A stretch of DNA of 64,000 nt from an uncultured delta proteobacterium (GTDB lineage: Bacteria > Myxococcota > Myxococcia > Myxococcales > Anaeromyxobacteraceae). The stretch spans positions 128,001 through 192,000 of the forward strand of contig CAWJSR010000002.1 of assembly GCA_963845515.1 (NCBI GenBank), given 5' to 3'. A program made the translations under genes and the position numbers. Positions 24,653 to 34,629 of the stretch are shown one piece after another; position 1 is the stretch's first letter, and each line of letters begins with the position of its first letter. The notes beneath the pieces were generated by a model, which was not told where the DNA came from, searched no databases, and worked only from the letters and a program-made list of their open reading frames with translations.

Positions 24653-26032
24653 TCACATCGTGCCCCCCGCCGTCGGGGGCGGTGCAGCTGGACGGATGGA
24701 CGGAAACCGACGCTCCACTGCCCCGAAGGCGAGGGTCGCGGCGAGCATCAGGACCGCGAAGAACCAGAGCGAGGCAGCGTCGCCGAGCTCGACGAGCTCC
24801 AGGACGGAGAGCGTCAGGAGGTTTCCGAGGAACACCGTGAGGAACCAGATCGACATGATGGCGCTCCGCATGGAGCGCGGAGCCTGCGTGTAGCTGAACT
24901 CGAGGCCGGTCACCGAGACGAGCACCTCGCCGACGGTCAGGAGCAGGTACTGCGGGAACTGCCAGAGGACGCTGGGAGCGCGGCCGGCGTCGAGCACCAT
25001 CTGCAGCGCCGCGGCGGCGACGAACGAGAGGACCGTGGCCGCCATCCCGACCCGCATCTTGGCGAGGGCGGTGGGCAGACGGCCGCGCCGCTCGAGCAAG
25101 GGGAAGACGACGACCGTGAAGAGCGGCACGAGGGTCATGACCAGGACCGGGCTGAGCGCCTGGAGCTGGGCCGGGGCGAGGGTCCAGCCACCGACCTGGA
25201 GGTCCATCTTCTCGGCCTGGATCACCCAGCTCGACCCCATCTGGTCGAAGAGCGCCCAGAAGACGGTCACCGCGGCGAAGACGCCGAGGACACGCATCAC
25301 GGCCTTGGCCCCCTCGACGGCATCGAGCGGGTGCTTGTCGCGGGCCGCGTCGAGCCAGTGCTCGCCGGCCCGGTGCGTCCCGAGCCTGCGCACCGCGCGC
25401 GCCACCACGCGGACGAAGCCGTGGGGCTTCGGGCCGGACGGTGGCGAGGCGACGTAGTGGCGGCGCCCCGACCAGAAGACGAGCGTCGCGACGGCCATGG
25501 AGGCCGCCGGCAACGCGAACGCGACCGCCGGGCCGAAGCGCTGCAGGAGGAACGGGACCGCCAGGTTCGCGGCGGCGGCGCCGAGGTTGATGACCCAGTA
25601 GAACCAGCCGTAGACGCGCTCGAGGAGGCCGCGATCTCCGGCCGGGAGCTGCTCGCCGACGAACGCCGACGCGCAGGGGAGGATCCCACCGGCGCCGCAG
25701 GCGACGAGCCCGGCGCCGACCACGACGCCGGCCGGCGCCTGCCAGAGCGCCAGCGTCACGTAGCCTGCGATCGAGAAGAGGGAGAAGCGCAGGATGGTCG
25801 CGTACCTCCCCAGGAAGCGATCGGCCACCCAGCCCCCGACGAGCGGCGCCAGGTACGCCGCCATCATGATGGCGTGGAACCAGCTCTTCGCGTCGCGCTC
25901 GGGGAGGACGACGTGGGTGACGAGGTACGACGTCAGGATCGAGCGCATCCCGTAGAACGCGAAGCGCTCGAGGGCCTCGTTGGCGATGACGAACCTGATC
26001 TGGGGTGGGTAGCGCAGGGCGGCGTCGCTCAT
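24653..26032 (-). CDS. POT/PTR family proton-dependent oligopeptide transporter
   Basis: NEALERFAFYGMR (ExxERFxxYG); GGWVADRFLG; FYWVINLG; GLEFSYTQAP. Confidence 0.9.
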   Translation of the reverse strand: MSDAALRYPPQIRFVIANEALERFAFYGMRSILTSYLVTHVVLPERDAKSWFHAIMMAAYLAPLVGGWVADRFLGRYATILRFSLFSIAGYVTLALWQAPAGVVVGAGLVACGAGGILPCASAFVGEQLPAGDRGLLERVYGWFYWVINLGAAAANLAVPFLLQRFGPAVAFALPAASMAVATLVFWSGRRHYVASPPSGPKPHGFVRVVARAVRRLGTHRAGEHWLDAARDKHPLDAVEGAKAVMRVLGVFAAVTVFWALFDQMGSSWVIQAEKMDLQVGGWTLAPAQLQALSPVLVMTLVPLFTVVVFPLLERRGRLPTALAKMRVGMAATVLSFVAAAALQMVLDAGRAPSVLWQFPQYLLLTVGEVLVSVTGLEFSYTQAPRSMRSAIMSIWFLTVFLGNLLTLSVLELVELGDAASLWFFAVLMLAATLAFGAVERRFPSIRPAAPPPTAGGTM

Positions 26033-26091
26033 CGGCGCGCAGTGTACAGCAGGGTGACGCGGCGAGAGGACGTCGGATAGAGTCGCGCACG

Positions 26092-26403
26092 ATGAAGAGC
26101 CTCTCACCTGACGAGGTGCGCGCCCTGAGCGACGCGGGCGGGGTCGACGTGATCGACGTCAGGGAGGCGCACGAGTGGATCGGCGGCCACCTCCCCGGCG
26201 CGCGGCTCGTCCCGCTCGGCACCTTCCTCAGGGATCCGCGCGCCAACGTCCACGGCGAGCGCGCGATCTTCGTCTGCGCCCATGGACTGCGCAGCGTGAC
26301 GGCGGGGGTGGCCGCCGAGACGGCGGGCGTCCCCGAGGTCTTCAGCCTCGACGGCGGCATCATGTGGTGGGTCGCGAGAGGGCACCCGCTCGTCTACGAG
26401 TAG
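26092..26403 (+). CDS. Rhodanese-like protein
   Basis: IDVRE..EW..GHLPGA; CAHGLRS; LDGGI..W. Confidence 0.85.
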   Translation: MKSLSPDEVRALSDAGGVDVIDVREAHEWIGGHLPGARLVPLGTFLRDPRANVHGERAIFVCAHGLRSVTAGVAAETAGVPEVFSLDGGIMWWVARGHPLVYE

Positions 26404-26435
26404 CGGGCGGTGGCCGGGGGCGCTAAGAGTCTGCC

Positions 26436-27635
26436 GTGGCACGCGCCCTGTCGTTCTTCGTCTTCGTCTCCATAGCGCTGCTGGTCCTCGGCGGGATGCA
26501 CGCCTACGTCTGGGCGCGCCTCGTGCGCGACACCGGTCTCCCCGATCCCTGGCGCAGGATCGCGACGGTCCTCCTCGCCCTCGCCGCGCTCGCGATCCCC
26601 GCGGCGATCGCCGTCTCGCGCCTCTCCGGGACGCAGCTCGCCCGGGTGCTGCCGTGGATCGCGTTCGTCTGGCTCGGTGTCGTGTTCCTCCTCCTGTCGG
26701 CCCTGCTGGCAATCGATCTCGTGCGGCTGGTCGCGAGCGGGGCCATCCAGCTGCGGGAGTGGCTCGCGCACGCGGACGATCCGCCGCCGGATCCAGCGCG
26801 GCGCCAGTTCGTCGCCCGCGCGGTCGCGGGGACCACGCTGGCCGTGGTGGCGACCGCGGCAGGAGCCGCCGTGCGGACCGCCGGTGGGCCGGCCGAGATC
26901 GAGGAGGTGGCCGTGCGCCTCCCGCGGCTCCCACGGGCGCTGGACGGCCTCACGGTGGTCCAGATCTCCGACCTCCACGTCGGCCCGACCATCCGGCGTC
27001 GCGAGGTGGACCGGGTGGTCGAGCAGGCCAACGCGCTCCGGCCCGACGTCGTGGCGATCACCGGCGACCTCGTCGACGGCACCGTCCGGGAGCTCGGCGA
27101 GATCGTCGGCGGGCTGGCTCGCCTCCGTGCCCGCTACGGCGTCCACTTCGTCACCGGGAACCACGAGTACTACTCGGGCGTCGAAGGCTGGGAGCGCTTC
27201 CTCCCGGGGCTCGGGATCCGCGTGCTCCGTAACGAGCGCGTGGAGCTCGGCGACCACGGCGCCAGCCTGGACCTCGCCGGCGTCGACGACTGGCACGCCG
27301 GGCGCTACGGCAACGGCCACGGCTACGATCTCGAGCGGGCGCTCGCCGGCCGGGATCCGGACCGGGCGCTCGTGCTCCTCGCGCACCAGCCGCTGGGCGT
27401 CGCGCCGGGGATCCAGCAGGGCGTCGGGCTGCAGCTGTCGGGCCACACGCACGGCGGCCAGATCTTCCCGTTCAACTTCGCCGTGCGCGCGGCGTTCCGC
27501 TACATCCGCGGCCTCTACGAGGTCGACGGGGGCGCCGGGTACGTCTACGTGTCGAGGGGGACCGGCTACTGGGGGCCGCCGATGCGGCTGGGCTTCCCTC
27601 CGGAGATCACGCGGATCACGCTGGTCGCGGGCTGA
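26436..27635 (+). CDS. Membrane-bound metallophosphoesterase (YkuE-like)
   Basis: N-terminal TM helices; SDLHVG, TGDLVDG, GNHEYY, LAHQP, SGHTHGGQ. Confidence 0.9.
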   Translation: MARALSFFVFVSIALLVLGGMHAYVWARLVRDTGLPDPWRRIATVLLALAALAIPAAIAVSRLSGTQLARVLPWIAFVWLGVVFLLLSALLAIDLVRLVASGAIQLREWLAHADDPPPDPARRQFVARAVAGTTLAVVATAAGAAVRTAGGPAEIEEVAVRLPRLPRALDGLTVVQISDLHVGPTIRRREVDRVVEQANALRPDVVAITGDLVDGTVRELGEIVGGLARLRARYGVHFVTGNHEYYSGVEGWERFLPGLGIRVLRNERVELGDHGASLDLAGVDDWHAGRYGNGHGYDLERALAGRDPDRALVLLAHQPLGVAPGIQQGVGLQLSGHTHGGQIFPFNFAVRAAFRYIRGLYEVDGGAGYVYVSRGTGYWGPPMRLGFPPEITRITLVAG

Positions 27636-27680
27636 CCCCTCGGACGCGGGCCCCGCTCACCTGGTACTCCCGGCGCCGGA

Positions 27681-28691
27681 CTAGCCGAGCAGGAGCTCGT
27701 CCAGCAGCTCCTGCTCCGTGATCAGCTCCTTGCGCATCATCAGGCGGATCAGCGCCGCCAGGAGCTGCGCCGGGCGCACCACGGTCGGCACCGCATCGTC
27801 GCCAGACGCCATCTTGCCGAGCGTGTCGAGGATGAGTGACTCCTCCGGCGTCAGCTCCCGCTGACCGGCCTGCGCGCCGGCCTCGCCCGGCTCCGACACG
27901 GCGGCCGGATTCCAGGTCGCCCCACCCTTGAGGGCGGGATCGTGCTCGAGGGGGATCGGCTGGAGCTCCTCGGTCGTCTCGTCTGGGATGAGCTCCCCCT
28001 CGATGGGGAGGCTCCCGGTCTGCTGATCCTCCAGCTGGAGGTCGGCGGGGGACCCCGGGCGCGGCACCGGCGTGGAGGCACCCCTCGGACTCGCCGCGCG
28101 CCGGGGGACGGCGGCCGCCGGAGCGGCGACCTTGGGCTGCTGGAAGAACCGATTCAGCTCGTCGCTGGAGGTGGCGCCGATCGGATCGTAGAGCGGCTCG
28201 ACCGCCGTGCCGTCGTCGGCGTCGAGCGCGATCGCCTCGCGCCCCGCCAGGGGGTCCGCGCCGTAGTGCGCTCGCACCGCCGCCGCGATGGCGTTCTCGC
28301 CGGCGATGCACACCTTGACGCGCTTCCCGGTCCTGAAGGCCAGCTCGTCGGTCAGCGCCAGGTTGGTGGGATCCGACATGGCGACGACGATTGAGCCGGT
28401 GTCGGCCGAGAGCGGGAAGATGTGGTTCCGGACCGCGTAATCGCGCGGGACGAGCGCCTTCGCCTGGCTGAAGGAGTACGGCTCGAGCCGGTCCAGCCGG
28501 GCGACGTCGAAGCCGAACTTGAGCGCGAGGGCGTCGACGATCGCCTCCTCGCTCGCGAGCTTCAGCTCCACGAGGATGCCGCCGAGCCGGCCGCCCCACT
28601 GGCGCTGGTGCCCCAGCGCCGAATGGAGCTGCGTCTCTCCGATGATGCCCGCCTCGACGAGCATCTCTCCCAGCCGCTTCTTGACCGCCAT
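27681..28691 (-). CDS. Stand-alone MshEN/GspE N-terminal domain protein
   Basis: Tandem RLGEMLVEAGII...LxxALxxQ...RLGGILV; VAMSDPTN; no ATPase motifs. Confidence 0.8.
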   Translation of the reverse strand: MAVKKRLGEMLVEAGIIGETQLHSALGHQRQWGGRLGGILVELKLASEEAIVDALALKFGFDVARLDRLEPYSFSQAKALVPRDYAVRNHIFPLSADTGSIVVAMSDPTNLALTDELAFRTGKRVKVCIAGENAIAAAVRAHYGADPLAGREAIALDADDGTAVEPLYDPIGATSSDELNRFFQQPKVAAPAAAVPRRAASPRGASTPVPRPGSPADLQLEDQQTGSLPIEGELIPDETTEELQPIPLEHDPALKGGATWNPAAVSEPGEAGAQAGQRELTPEESLILDTLGKMASGDDAVPTVVRPAQLLAALIRLMMRKELITEQELLDELLLG

Positions 28692-28760
28692 TTCCCCGAT
28701 GTTACGCGGTGCGAGCGCGATCAGTCGAGCAGCCCCGGCATGACGCCGGTCACACCGCGC

Positions 28761-29210
28761 TCAGCGGCCGTCCGCGGCCGCCCGCGTCGCGATGGCGAGC
28801 CGCGTCAACCCGTGCTGGCGCGCCAGGTCCATCACCGCGACCACCCGCCCGTGCGGCACGACCTCGTCCGCCTGCACGAGCACGACCGTCCCAGCGCTCC
28901 GCGCGCGGGCGGCTGCGAAGGCCTCCCCCAGCGCCGCAGCGTCGAGTACGCGGCCGCCCAGCACGGTCCGCCCGTCGGCGAGGATCGCGACGGTGAGGTC
29001 CTGCGCCGGCGCCGGCGCCCCCTTCCCGGCCCGCGGCAGGCTCACCTCGAACCCCGCCCTGTCCGCCGCGTGGATCGCGGTCGTGGTCACCATGAAGATG
29101 ATCAGCAGGACCAGGAAGATGTCGGTCAGCGGCGTGATGTTTATGTCCGCGAAGACGTCGCCGTCCTCCGGCCCGTCTCCGGGTGCTCCGCTCGGTCCGC
29201 CGACCGCCAT
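28761..29210 (-). CDS. ExbD/TolR biopolymer transport protein
   Basis: INITPLTDIFLVLLIIFMV; ADEVVPHGRVVAVMD. Confidence 0.85.
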   Translation of the reverse strand: MAVGGPSGAPGDGPEDGDVFADINITPLTDIFLVLLIIFMVTTTAIHAADRAGFEVSLPRAGKGAPAPAQDLTVAILADGRTVLGGRVLDAAALGEAFAAARARSAGTVVLVQADEVVPHGRVVAVMDLARQHGLTRLAIATRAAADGR

Positions 29211-29863
29211 CAGCGCTCCGACCCGGTCATGGTGTCGGTCGGCGCTTCGTCGAGGACCTCCAGGAACTCGTCGGCTGCATGCCGCGCGCGGTGGACGAGC
29301 CGCGCCACGTGGGTGTTGAGGAAGTTGTAGAGGACGACCGCCTCGATCGCGACGGCGATGCCGCCGGCGGTGGTGACGAGCGCCTCCGAGATCCCCGCGG
29401 CGACGACCCCGAACCCGCCCTGGCCCGTCTTCGCCATCTCGGCGAAGGCGGTCATGATCCCGAGCACCGTCCCGAAGAGCCCGACGAACGGCGCCGTGGC
29501 CCCGACGGTCGCGAGGATCCAGAGGGCCCGCCGCAGACGCCAGCCGAGCTCCTGCCGCGCGCGCTCCACCGCCGCCGCCGCGCGCCCCGGACGGCCGCGC
29601 GCCTGCGCGAGCCCAGCCAGGAGCACCTCGCCCATCGGCGATCGCGATCGCGCGCACTCGAGCCGCGCGCCCTCCAGATCGCCTCTCCGGAGGGCGGCCG
29701 CGACGGCGTCGCCAAGCTGCCGCGTCCGCTCCCCGAACCGCCAGAGCGCGACCGCACGCTCGACCGCGACCGCGAGCGCGACGACGGAGCACGCGATGAT
29801 GATCCACAGCGTGACGCTGACGTGGGTCGCCTGCATGGGCACCAGGTTCGTCTCCAAGTTCAC
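29210..29863 (-). CDS. MotA/TolQ/ExbB proton channel protein
   Basis: APFVGLFGTVLGIM; GISEALVTTAGGI. Confidence 0.9.
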   Translation of the reverse strand: MNLETNLVPMQATHVSVTLWIIIACSVVALAVAVERAVALWRFGERTRQLGDAVAAALRRGDLEGARLECARSRSPMGEVLLAGLAQARGRPGRAAAAVERARQELGWRLRRALWILATVGATAPFVGLFGTVLGIMTAFAEMAKTGQGGFGVVAAGISEALVTTAGGIAVAIEAVVLYNFLNTHVARLVHRARHAADEFLEVLDEAPTDTMTGSER

Positions 29864-29877
29864 CTGCTCCAGCGCGC

Positions 29878-30702
29878 TCAGCGCTCGTCGAGATCCACGA
29901 TCCTGGCGCCCGCCGGGGGCGCGAGGGCGAAGCTCCCCTCGGGGAGAACCGCGTTCACCTCGATCTCCTTCCAGGTGAGATCGATCCGGACCCCGGCCCC
30001 CCGGGCCGCGAGCCGCACCACGCCGGGGAACGGCCGCCCCGCGCGCTCGCGGAAGCGGTCGAAGGTCACGTCGTACAGGCCTGGCGCCGGGGGGCGGCCA
30101 GGCAGGTGGACGACCGTCGAGGCGTGCACGACCGCCCCGGCGCCCACGTCGAGCCGCTGCACCCGATCGGCGCCCTCCACCGTGAGCCGCAGGACACCGT
30201 CGCCGGGTTCGACCGCCGTGGGACGCCCCGCTGTGATCGGGGCTGCGCCGCAGAGCAGGAGGACCAGCTCCTCGGCCGGGATCGCGAGCGGGAGGAGCCT
30301 GGCGAGGTTCTCGGGCGACGCAGCGCCGCGGTAGAAGATCCCCTTGCGCAGGTCGAGCAGCGCGAACCGGCCGCCGTCCGCCACCAGGACCGCCGCCGGG
30401 TTTCCGAAGAAGTCCAGGGCGTCGAGCCGCACCCGGTCGGGCCGCTCCGCCGCCACGAACTGGGTCACTGTGCCGTCACCGTCGGGCGACCTGATCTTGA
30501 CCCGCACCTCGCCACTCACGCGCTCGACCCGGGCCTGAGCGCGCTCCACCGCGGCGAGCAACGCGACTGGATCGGGCGAGAGGTCCGGAGGCGGCGCGCG
30601 CCGCGCGCAGGCCGCGGCGACCGCAAGCGACAGGACCATCGCCCACCGCGCGAGCGAGCGGGTGGCGGGCGGGCGGAAGATCGCGGCACGCTGCGAAGCC
30701 AT
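29878..30702 (-). CDS. Lipoprotein, LolB/DUF4292-like
   Basis: Lipobox AAAC; RPDRVRLDALDFFG; beta-rich. Confidence 0.55.
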   Translation of the reverse strand: MASQRAAIFRPPATRSLARWAMVLSLAVAAACARRAPPPDLSPDPVALLAAVERAQARVERVSGEVRVKIRSPDGDGTVTQFVAAERPDRVRLDALDFFGNPAAVLVADGGRFALLDLRKGIFYRGAASPENLARLLPLAIPAEELVLLLCGAAPITAGRPTAVEPGDGVLRLTVEGADRVQRLDVGAGAVVHASTVVHLPGRPPAPGLYDVTFDRFRERAGRPFPGVVRLAARGAGVRIDLTWKEIEVNAVLPEGSFALAPPAGARIVDLDER

Positions 30703-30824
30703 GCCCGGCGTTTAGCCCGATGAACGCCCCTTGTCGAGGGCGCTCCCCCCATATCCAACTGGGCCCCCGTGTGGATCCGCGCGCCTGGAAGGCGCACCAT
30801 GCCCGTTACGAGGAGGGAGTGCAC

Positions 30825-31235
30825 ATGAGGCGACTCATCCCGAGGCTCCTGCTCGCGCTCGCGCTCGCGTGGGCGGCGGCGCTGCCCGTGCCCGCCGCGG
30901 CCGCCGGCGGCGCCGGCAAGGTCGCGAAGCTGTGGAACCCCGCCACCGTCGCCACGGTCGCCGGGACCGTCGAGACCGTCGAGCGCGTGGAGATGGGCGA
31001 GGACTGGCGCTGCGTCCGCCTGAGGCTACGCACCGCCGAGGGGGCCCTGCTGGTCCGCGTCGGACCAGACTGGTTCCTGCAGGAGCGCAGGATCGTCTTC
31101 GCCGCGGGCGAGAAGGTCGAGGTCAGGGGATCGCGGGTGACCTTCTCCGGCGAGCCGGCGATCGTGGCCGGCGAGATCGTCCGCGGCGCAGAGCGGATCC
31201 TCCTCCGGGACCCGGCCGGCAAGGCGGCCTGGTAG
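30825..31235 (+). CDS. Secreted OB-fold protein (MamS/MamX-like domain)
   Basis: GGAG RBS; signal peptide; VRVGPDWFL...GEKVEVRGSRV...LRD..G..W. Confidence 0.55.
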   Translation: MRRLIPRLLLALALAWAAALPVPAAAAGGAGKVAKLWNPATVATVAGTVETVERVEMGEDWRCVRLRLRTAEGALLVRVGPDWFLQERRIVFAAGEKVEVRGSRVTFSGEPAIVAGEIVRGAERILLRDPAGKAAW

Positions 31236-32114
31236 TCAGAAGAGCCTGCTGCGCCGTGCCGCGAGCGCCACCGCCATCCTCCGGGCGGCGGCGATCTCGG
31301 CGGCGAGCGGCCGCTCGGCTGCCGGATCCCGCGCGTTCACCTCGGCGAGCAGCGCGTCGAAGCGGGCGCCGTCCTGGAGGAGCACGGCCAGCGTCCCGGC
31401 TTCGAGCACCGGCCGGAACGGATCCTCCGGCGCGAGCACGCGGGCGCGCTCGAAGTGCTCCGTCGCGCGCGCGACGCCGCCGCCCGCGGCCGTGGGCAGC
31501 GAGGCGTACAAGGACCCGAGCCAGCGGTGTGGACCGGCGCGATCGACGCGCTCGTCCAGCGCAGCGACGCGCTCCAGGAGCCCCAGCACGACGTCCTTGG
31601 TGACCATGACCGCCATGGGACCGGTCGCCTGCGCGACCCGCAGGCGGCCGACGGCCAGCCAGTACAGCGGCTCCGCCCCGGCGGGTCCGACCTCCATCGC
31701 TGCGGCGACCGGATCGTCACCACGGTCGACCGCGGTCGCGAAACCCGGGGCGCTCGCGCGCACGGCACGCTCCCCGGCGCGCGAGGCGGCGTCCCACGCG
31801 GACCGCGCCTCCGGGTCGGACTGTGCGAGCAGTGCCCGGAGCGCCTCGGCGCGGGCGAGCCTGAGCTCCGCCGCCTGATCGCCGGGCCGGAGGGAGGCAG
31901 CGCGCCGAAACGTGGCGAGCGCGGCCTCGAGCTTCGCCGGCTCGTCGCGCGACGCCCACGCGCGATCCCCTTCGGCGAGGACCTTTCCTAGGGCGTCGTC
32001 GGACGTGGCCGAGTATGCCGCCGCCGGCGTCGAGGGCCGGCCGCAGCCCGCGAACGCCAGCAGGACGGCCGCCGCGAGCAGCCTGGATCGACTGTGCCTG
32101 GGTCGCGGCACCAC
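31236..32114 (-). CDS. TPR lipoprotein, TRAP transporter TatT-like
   Basis: Lipobox FAGC; LYWLA; GPHRWLGSLYASLP..AGG...HFERA. Confidence 0.6.
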   Translation of the reverse strand: MVPRPRHSRSRLLAAAVLLAFAGCGRPSTPAAAYSATSDDALGKVLAEGDRAWASRDEPAKLEAALATFRRAASLRPGDQAAELRLARAEALRALLAQSDPEARSAWDAASRAGERAVRASAPGFATAVDRGDDPVAAAMEVGPAGAEPLYWLAVGRLRVAQATGPMAVMVTKDVVLGLLERVAALDERVDRAGPHRWLGSLYASLPTAAGGGVARATEHFERARVLAPEDPFRPVLEAGTLAVLLQDGARFDALLAEVNARDPAAERPLAAEIAAARRMAVALAARRSRLF

Positions 32115-32963
32115 TCAGCGCTTCTTCTTCGGGGCCGCCTTCTTGCCGGCCGGCTTCTTGCCAGCGGGCTTGCTCCTCGGCGCCGGGCGGGCAGCCTTCT
32201 TGCTGGCCGCCTTCTTCTTCGGCGCGGGCGGCGAAGGCCTCTTCGCGGCCGCCGGCTTCGTGGCGGGCGGGGGCTTCGGCGGCTTCACCTGCGCGGCAGC
32301 GGGGAGCTCCGGGGCCGCAGGTGGGCGCGGCGGGGGAGGCGGCGGCGCTGGCGGCGGCAGGCGCTGGGGTGCCATCCCGGGGCGAAGCGGCAGGGCGCCT
32401 GGACGGGGAAGCATCCCCGGCCGCGCCGGGACCGTACGGGCGAAGCGCGCGAGCCGCGCCTCCTCCTCGGCCGGCGTGACCACCAGCGGCGGGAGGCCCG
32501 AGCGCTGCCGCTGCTCGTCGTCAGCGCTGTAGTAGAGCTGGACGGTGGCGACGCCCCGGACCACCAGCTCGCCGCGCTGGTTCTCCGCCCAGGCCTCGAT
32601 GTCGGTCGTGTACCTGCCGCCGTCCTCGAAGCGGCGCTCGGCGACGCGGCCGCGGACGGTGAGGACGTCCCCCGGCCAGATGATCTTCACGAAGCGCGCC
32701 TGCATGCGCCGAAGGCGCGCGCCGCGGACCCACTCGGTCACCAGCTCGGCCAGGAAGCCCATGCCGATCATCGCCGGCGCGGAGACCCCGGGGAAGCCAG
32801 CGGCCCGGGCGTACGGCTCGTCGCAGTGGAGCGGGTTGAAGTCGCCGCTCGCGCCCAGGTAGCGCGTGATCTGCAGCCGGTCGACAGGCGGCTTGACGAG
32901 CGGAGGCAGCTCGTCGCCGACCTTGATCGCCTCGAAGTAGAGCTGCCTTACGGTGAGGTTCAT
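32115..32963 (-). CDS. MaoC-family dehydratase with Pro/Lys/Ala-rich tail
   Basis: ASGDFNPLH...AGFPG; low-complexity PAKK tail. Confidence 0.8.
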   Translation of the reverse strand: MNLTVRQLYFEAIKVGDELPPLVKPPVDRLQITRYLGASGDFNPLHCDEPYARAAGFPGVSAPAMIGMGFLAELVTEWVRGARLRRMQARFVKIIWPGDVLTVRGRVAERRFEDGGRYTTDIEAWAENQRGELVVRGVATVQLYYSADDEQRQRSGLPPLVVTPAEEEARLARFARTVPARPGMLPRPGALPLRPGMAPQRLPPPAPPPPPPRPPAAPELPAAAQVKPPKPPPATKPAAAKRPSPPAPKKKAASKKAARPAPRSKPAGKKPAGKKAAPKKKR

Positions 32964-32971
32964 CGGGCTCC

Positions 32972-33409
32972 CTATCCGCGACGGAGGATGAGCGTCTCGC
33001 GGGTGCGGAAGACGAGCTCGCCCTTGTCGTCGCGCCCCTCGTCCTCGATCACCAGGACGTCCATGGTGCCGCTCGCGCCGGTCCGCTCCTGGACGTCGGC
33101 GACCCTGCTCTTCACGGTGAGCCGGTCCCCGGCGACGATCTGGCGCGCGGTCTCGATCACCTGCTCGCCGTGGAGGATGTTGCGCGTCCCGAGGTCGAGC
33201 GAGTGGCGAAACCGGTCGTTGGCGGCCAGGGTCACCGGGAAGGTCGGCGGGGCCACGAGCCCCGGGTAGCCGGCCGCCTTCGCGGCTGCCTCGTCCACGT
33301 AGATCGGGTTCGCGTCGCCGAGCGCCTCGGCGTACCGGCGGATGGCGTTCTTCTCCACGTCGTGGACGACGGGTTCGCTCTCTCTGCCGGTGAGGGACTT
33401 GTCGAGCAT
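32972..33409 (-). CDS. MaoC dehydratase N-terminal-type (FAS1/HadA-like) protein
   Basis: IRRYAEALGDANPIY; APPTF; LHGEQ. Confidence 0.8.
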   Translation of the reverse strand: MLDKSLTGRESEPVVHDVEKNAIRRYAEALGDANPIYVDEAAAKAAGYPGLVAPPTFPVTLAANDRFRHSLDLGTRNILHGEQVIETARQIVAGDRLTVKSRVADVQERTGASGTMDVLVIEDEGRDDKGELVFRTRETLILRRG

Positions 33410-33423
33410 GGTCTCCCTTCGCG

Positions 33424-34413
33424 TCATCGCCCGGCGGGCAGGTCGAGGACGGTGATGAGCCCCCTCCGCTCCGACACCGGGGCGGCGGCGTTGACGACTG
33501 CGTTGACGGTGGCGGCGAGCCCGGCGATGCCGCCGGGGATGACGAGTCGCACCGGCGGATCCGCGTCCAGCTCCACCTCGTCGCGCGGATCGGCGGCGCC
33601 GGCCGAGAAGACGAGCTCGAGCCGGACGATCTCGCGCTCCTCGAAGAAGCCGCGCGCGACGTGCTGCAGGCCGGCGACGCGCCCGCGCGGGATCTTCAGC
33701 GGCCCCGACAGATCCTCCTCCGCGAGCAGCGGGACGATCTCCTCGTCGACCTCGTCGACCTCGAGCCCGCAGCCGGCGGCGGCGAGCGCGGCGGACTCGG
33801 CCAGGCCCACGTGCCCGATCTCGCCCGAGTCGGCCTTCGCGTGGAACGTCTCCTCGTCGAGCCCGGCGCCGGTCTTCCCGGCGAGCTTGCTGCGCGCCCG
33901 CGCGGTGTCGACGACGCGGAGGGCGCGGACGTGGCGGACGGCCCCCGTCACCGTGGAGAGGAACGCTGGGAGCCGGTCGAGGACGAAGCCCGGGTTGACG
34001 CCGGTCCCGACGACCGCGACGCCGCGCTCCTCGCAGAGCCGGTCGAGCCGGGCCGCCTCCTCCTCGTGGCGCAGCCAGGGCCAGGCCAGCTCCTCGCACG
34101 TAGACACCACCGAAGCGCCCGCCTTGACGGCCGCTAGCAGCTGCGGCAGCACCTCGTCGAAGCGTGACCCCGTCGCATGAAGCACGACGCCACCCCGCAC
34201 GGCGCGGAGCGCCTCCGCGGGGTCAGCGGCGACCGTGATGGCAGGGAAGGGAACACCGACGACCTCGGAGAGCGACCGGCCCGCGAGGCGCGGGGATGGA
34301 TCGATGGCGCCGACGAGCCGAAGGTCCGGCCGCGCGAGCACAGCCATGGCGATGGCACGGCCGACCTCGCCGAGCCCCATGACGACAACGGGGATGCCGC
34401 CTTCGCGCTCCAA
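33424..34413 (-). CDS. Dihydrodipicolinate-reductase-like / 2,4-diaminopentanoate dehydrogenase-like oxidoreductase
   Basis: GLGEVG Rossmann motif; VVSTCEEL; GTGVNPGF; GHVGLAES. Confidence 0.75.
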   Translation of the reverse strand: MEREGGIPVVVMGLGEVGRAIAMAVLARPDLRLVGAIDPSPRLAGRSLSEVVGVPFPAITVAADPAEALRAVRGGVVLHATGSRFDEVLPQLLAAVKAGASVVSTCEELAWPWLRHEEEAARLDRLCEERGVAVVGTGVNPGFVLDRLPAFLSTVTGAVRHVRALRVVDTARARSKLAGKTGAGLDEETFHAKADSGEIGHVGLAESAALAAAGCGLEVDEVDEEIVPLLAEEDLSGPLKIPRGRVAGLQHVARGFFEEREIVRLELVFSAGAADPRDEVELDADPPVRLVIPGGIAGLAATVNAVVNAAAPVSERRGLITVLDLPAGR

Positions 34414-34629
34414 GTGCGCCCCTCCCTCTTGTGCACAGCCCCTGGCGGGAACCTGAACCCCGGTTTATAGCGCTCAGGGTGCGTTACCATCAAGAATTAC
34501 GGGAGCTTCGACCCCTATTGTCACGGTAGGGGCGCTGGGCAGGCACCCATCGAAGGGCGATGACGCGCAGCGTCATCCGGCCGGGCACGACATGGTCAAG
34601 CAGCCGGGATCCCAGACCTTTTGAGCCGG

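Noticed and set aside
30825..31235. Magnetosome gene (MamS/MamX-like domain)
   Set aside because: The domain is widespread in non-magnetotactic bacteria and no other mam genes are present.
34414..34629. Possible 6S RNA or TPP riboswitch (GAACCTGAACC motif)
   Set aside because: Only a short motif resembles them; the other conserved elements and typical gene context are missing.
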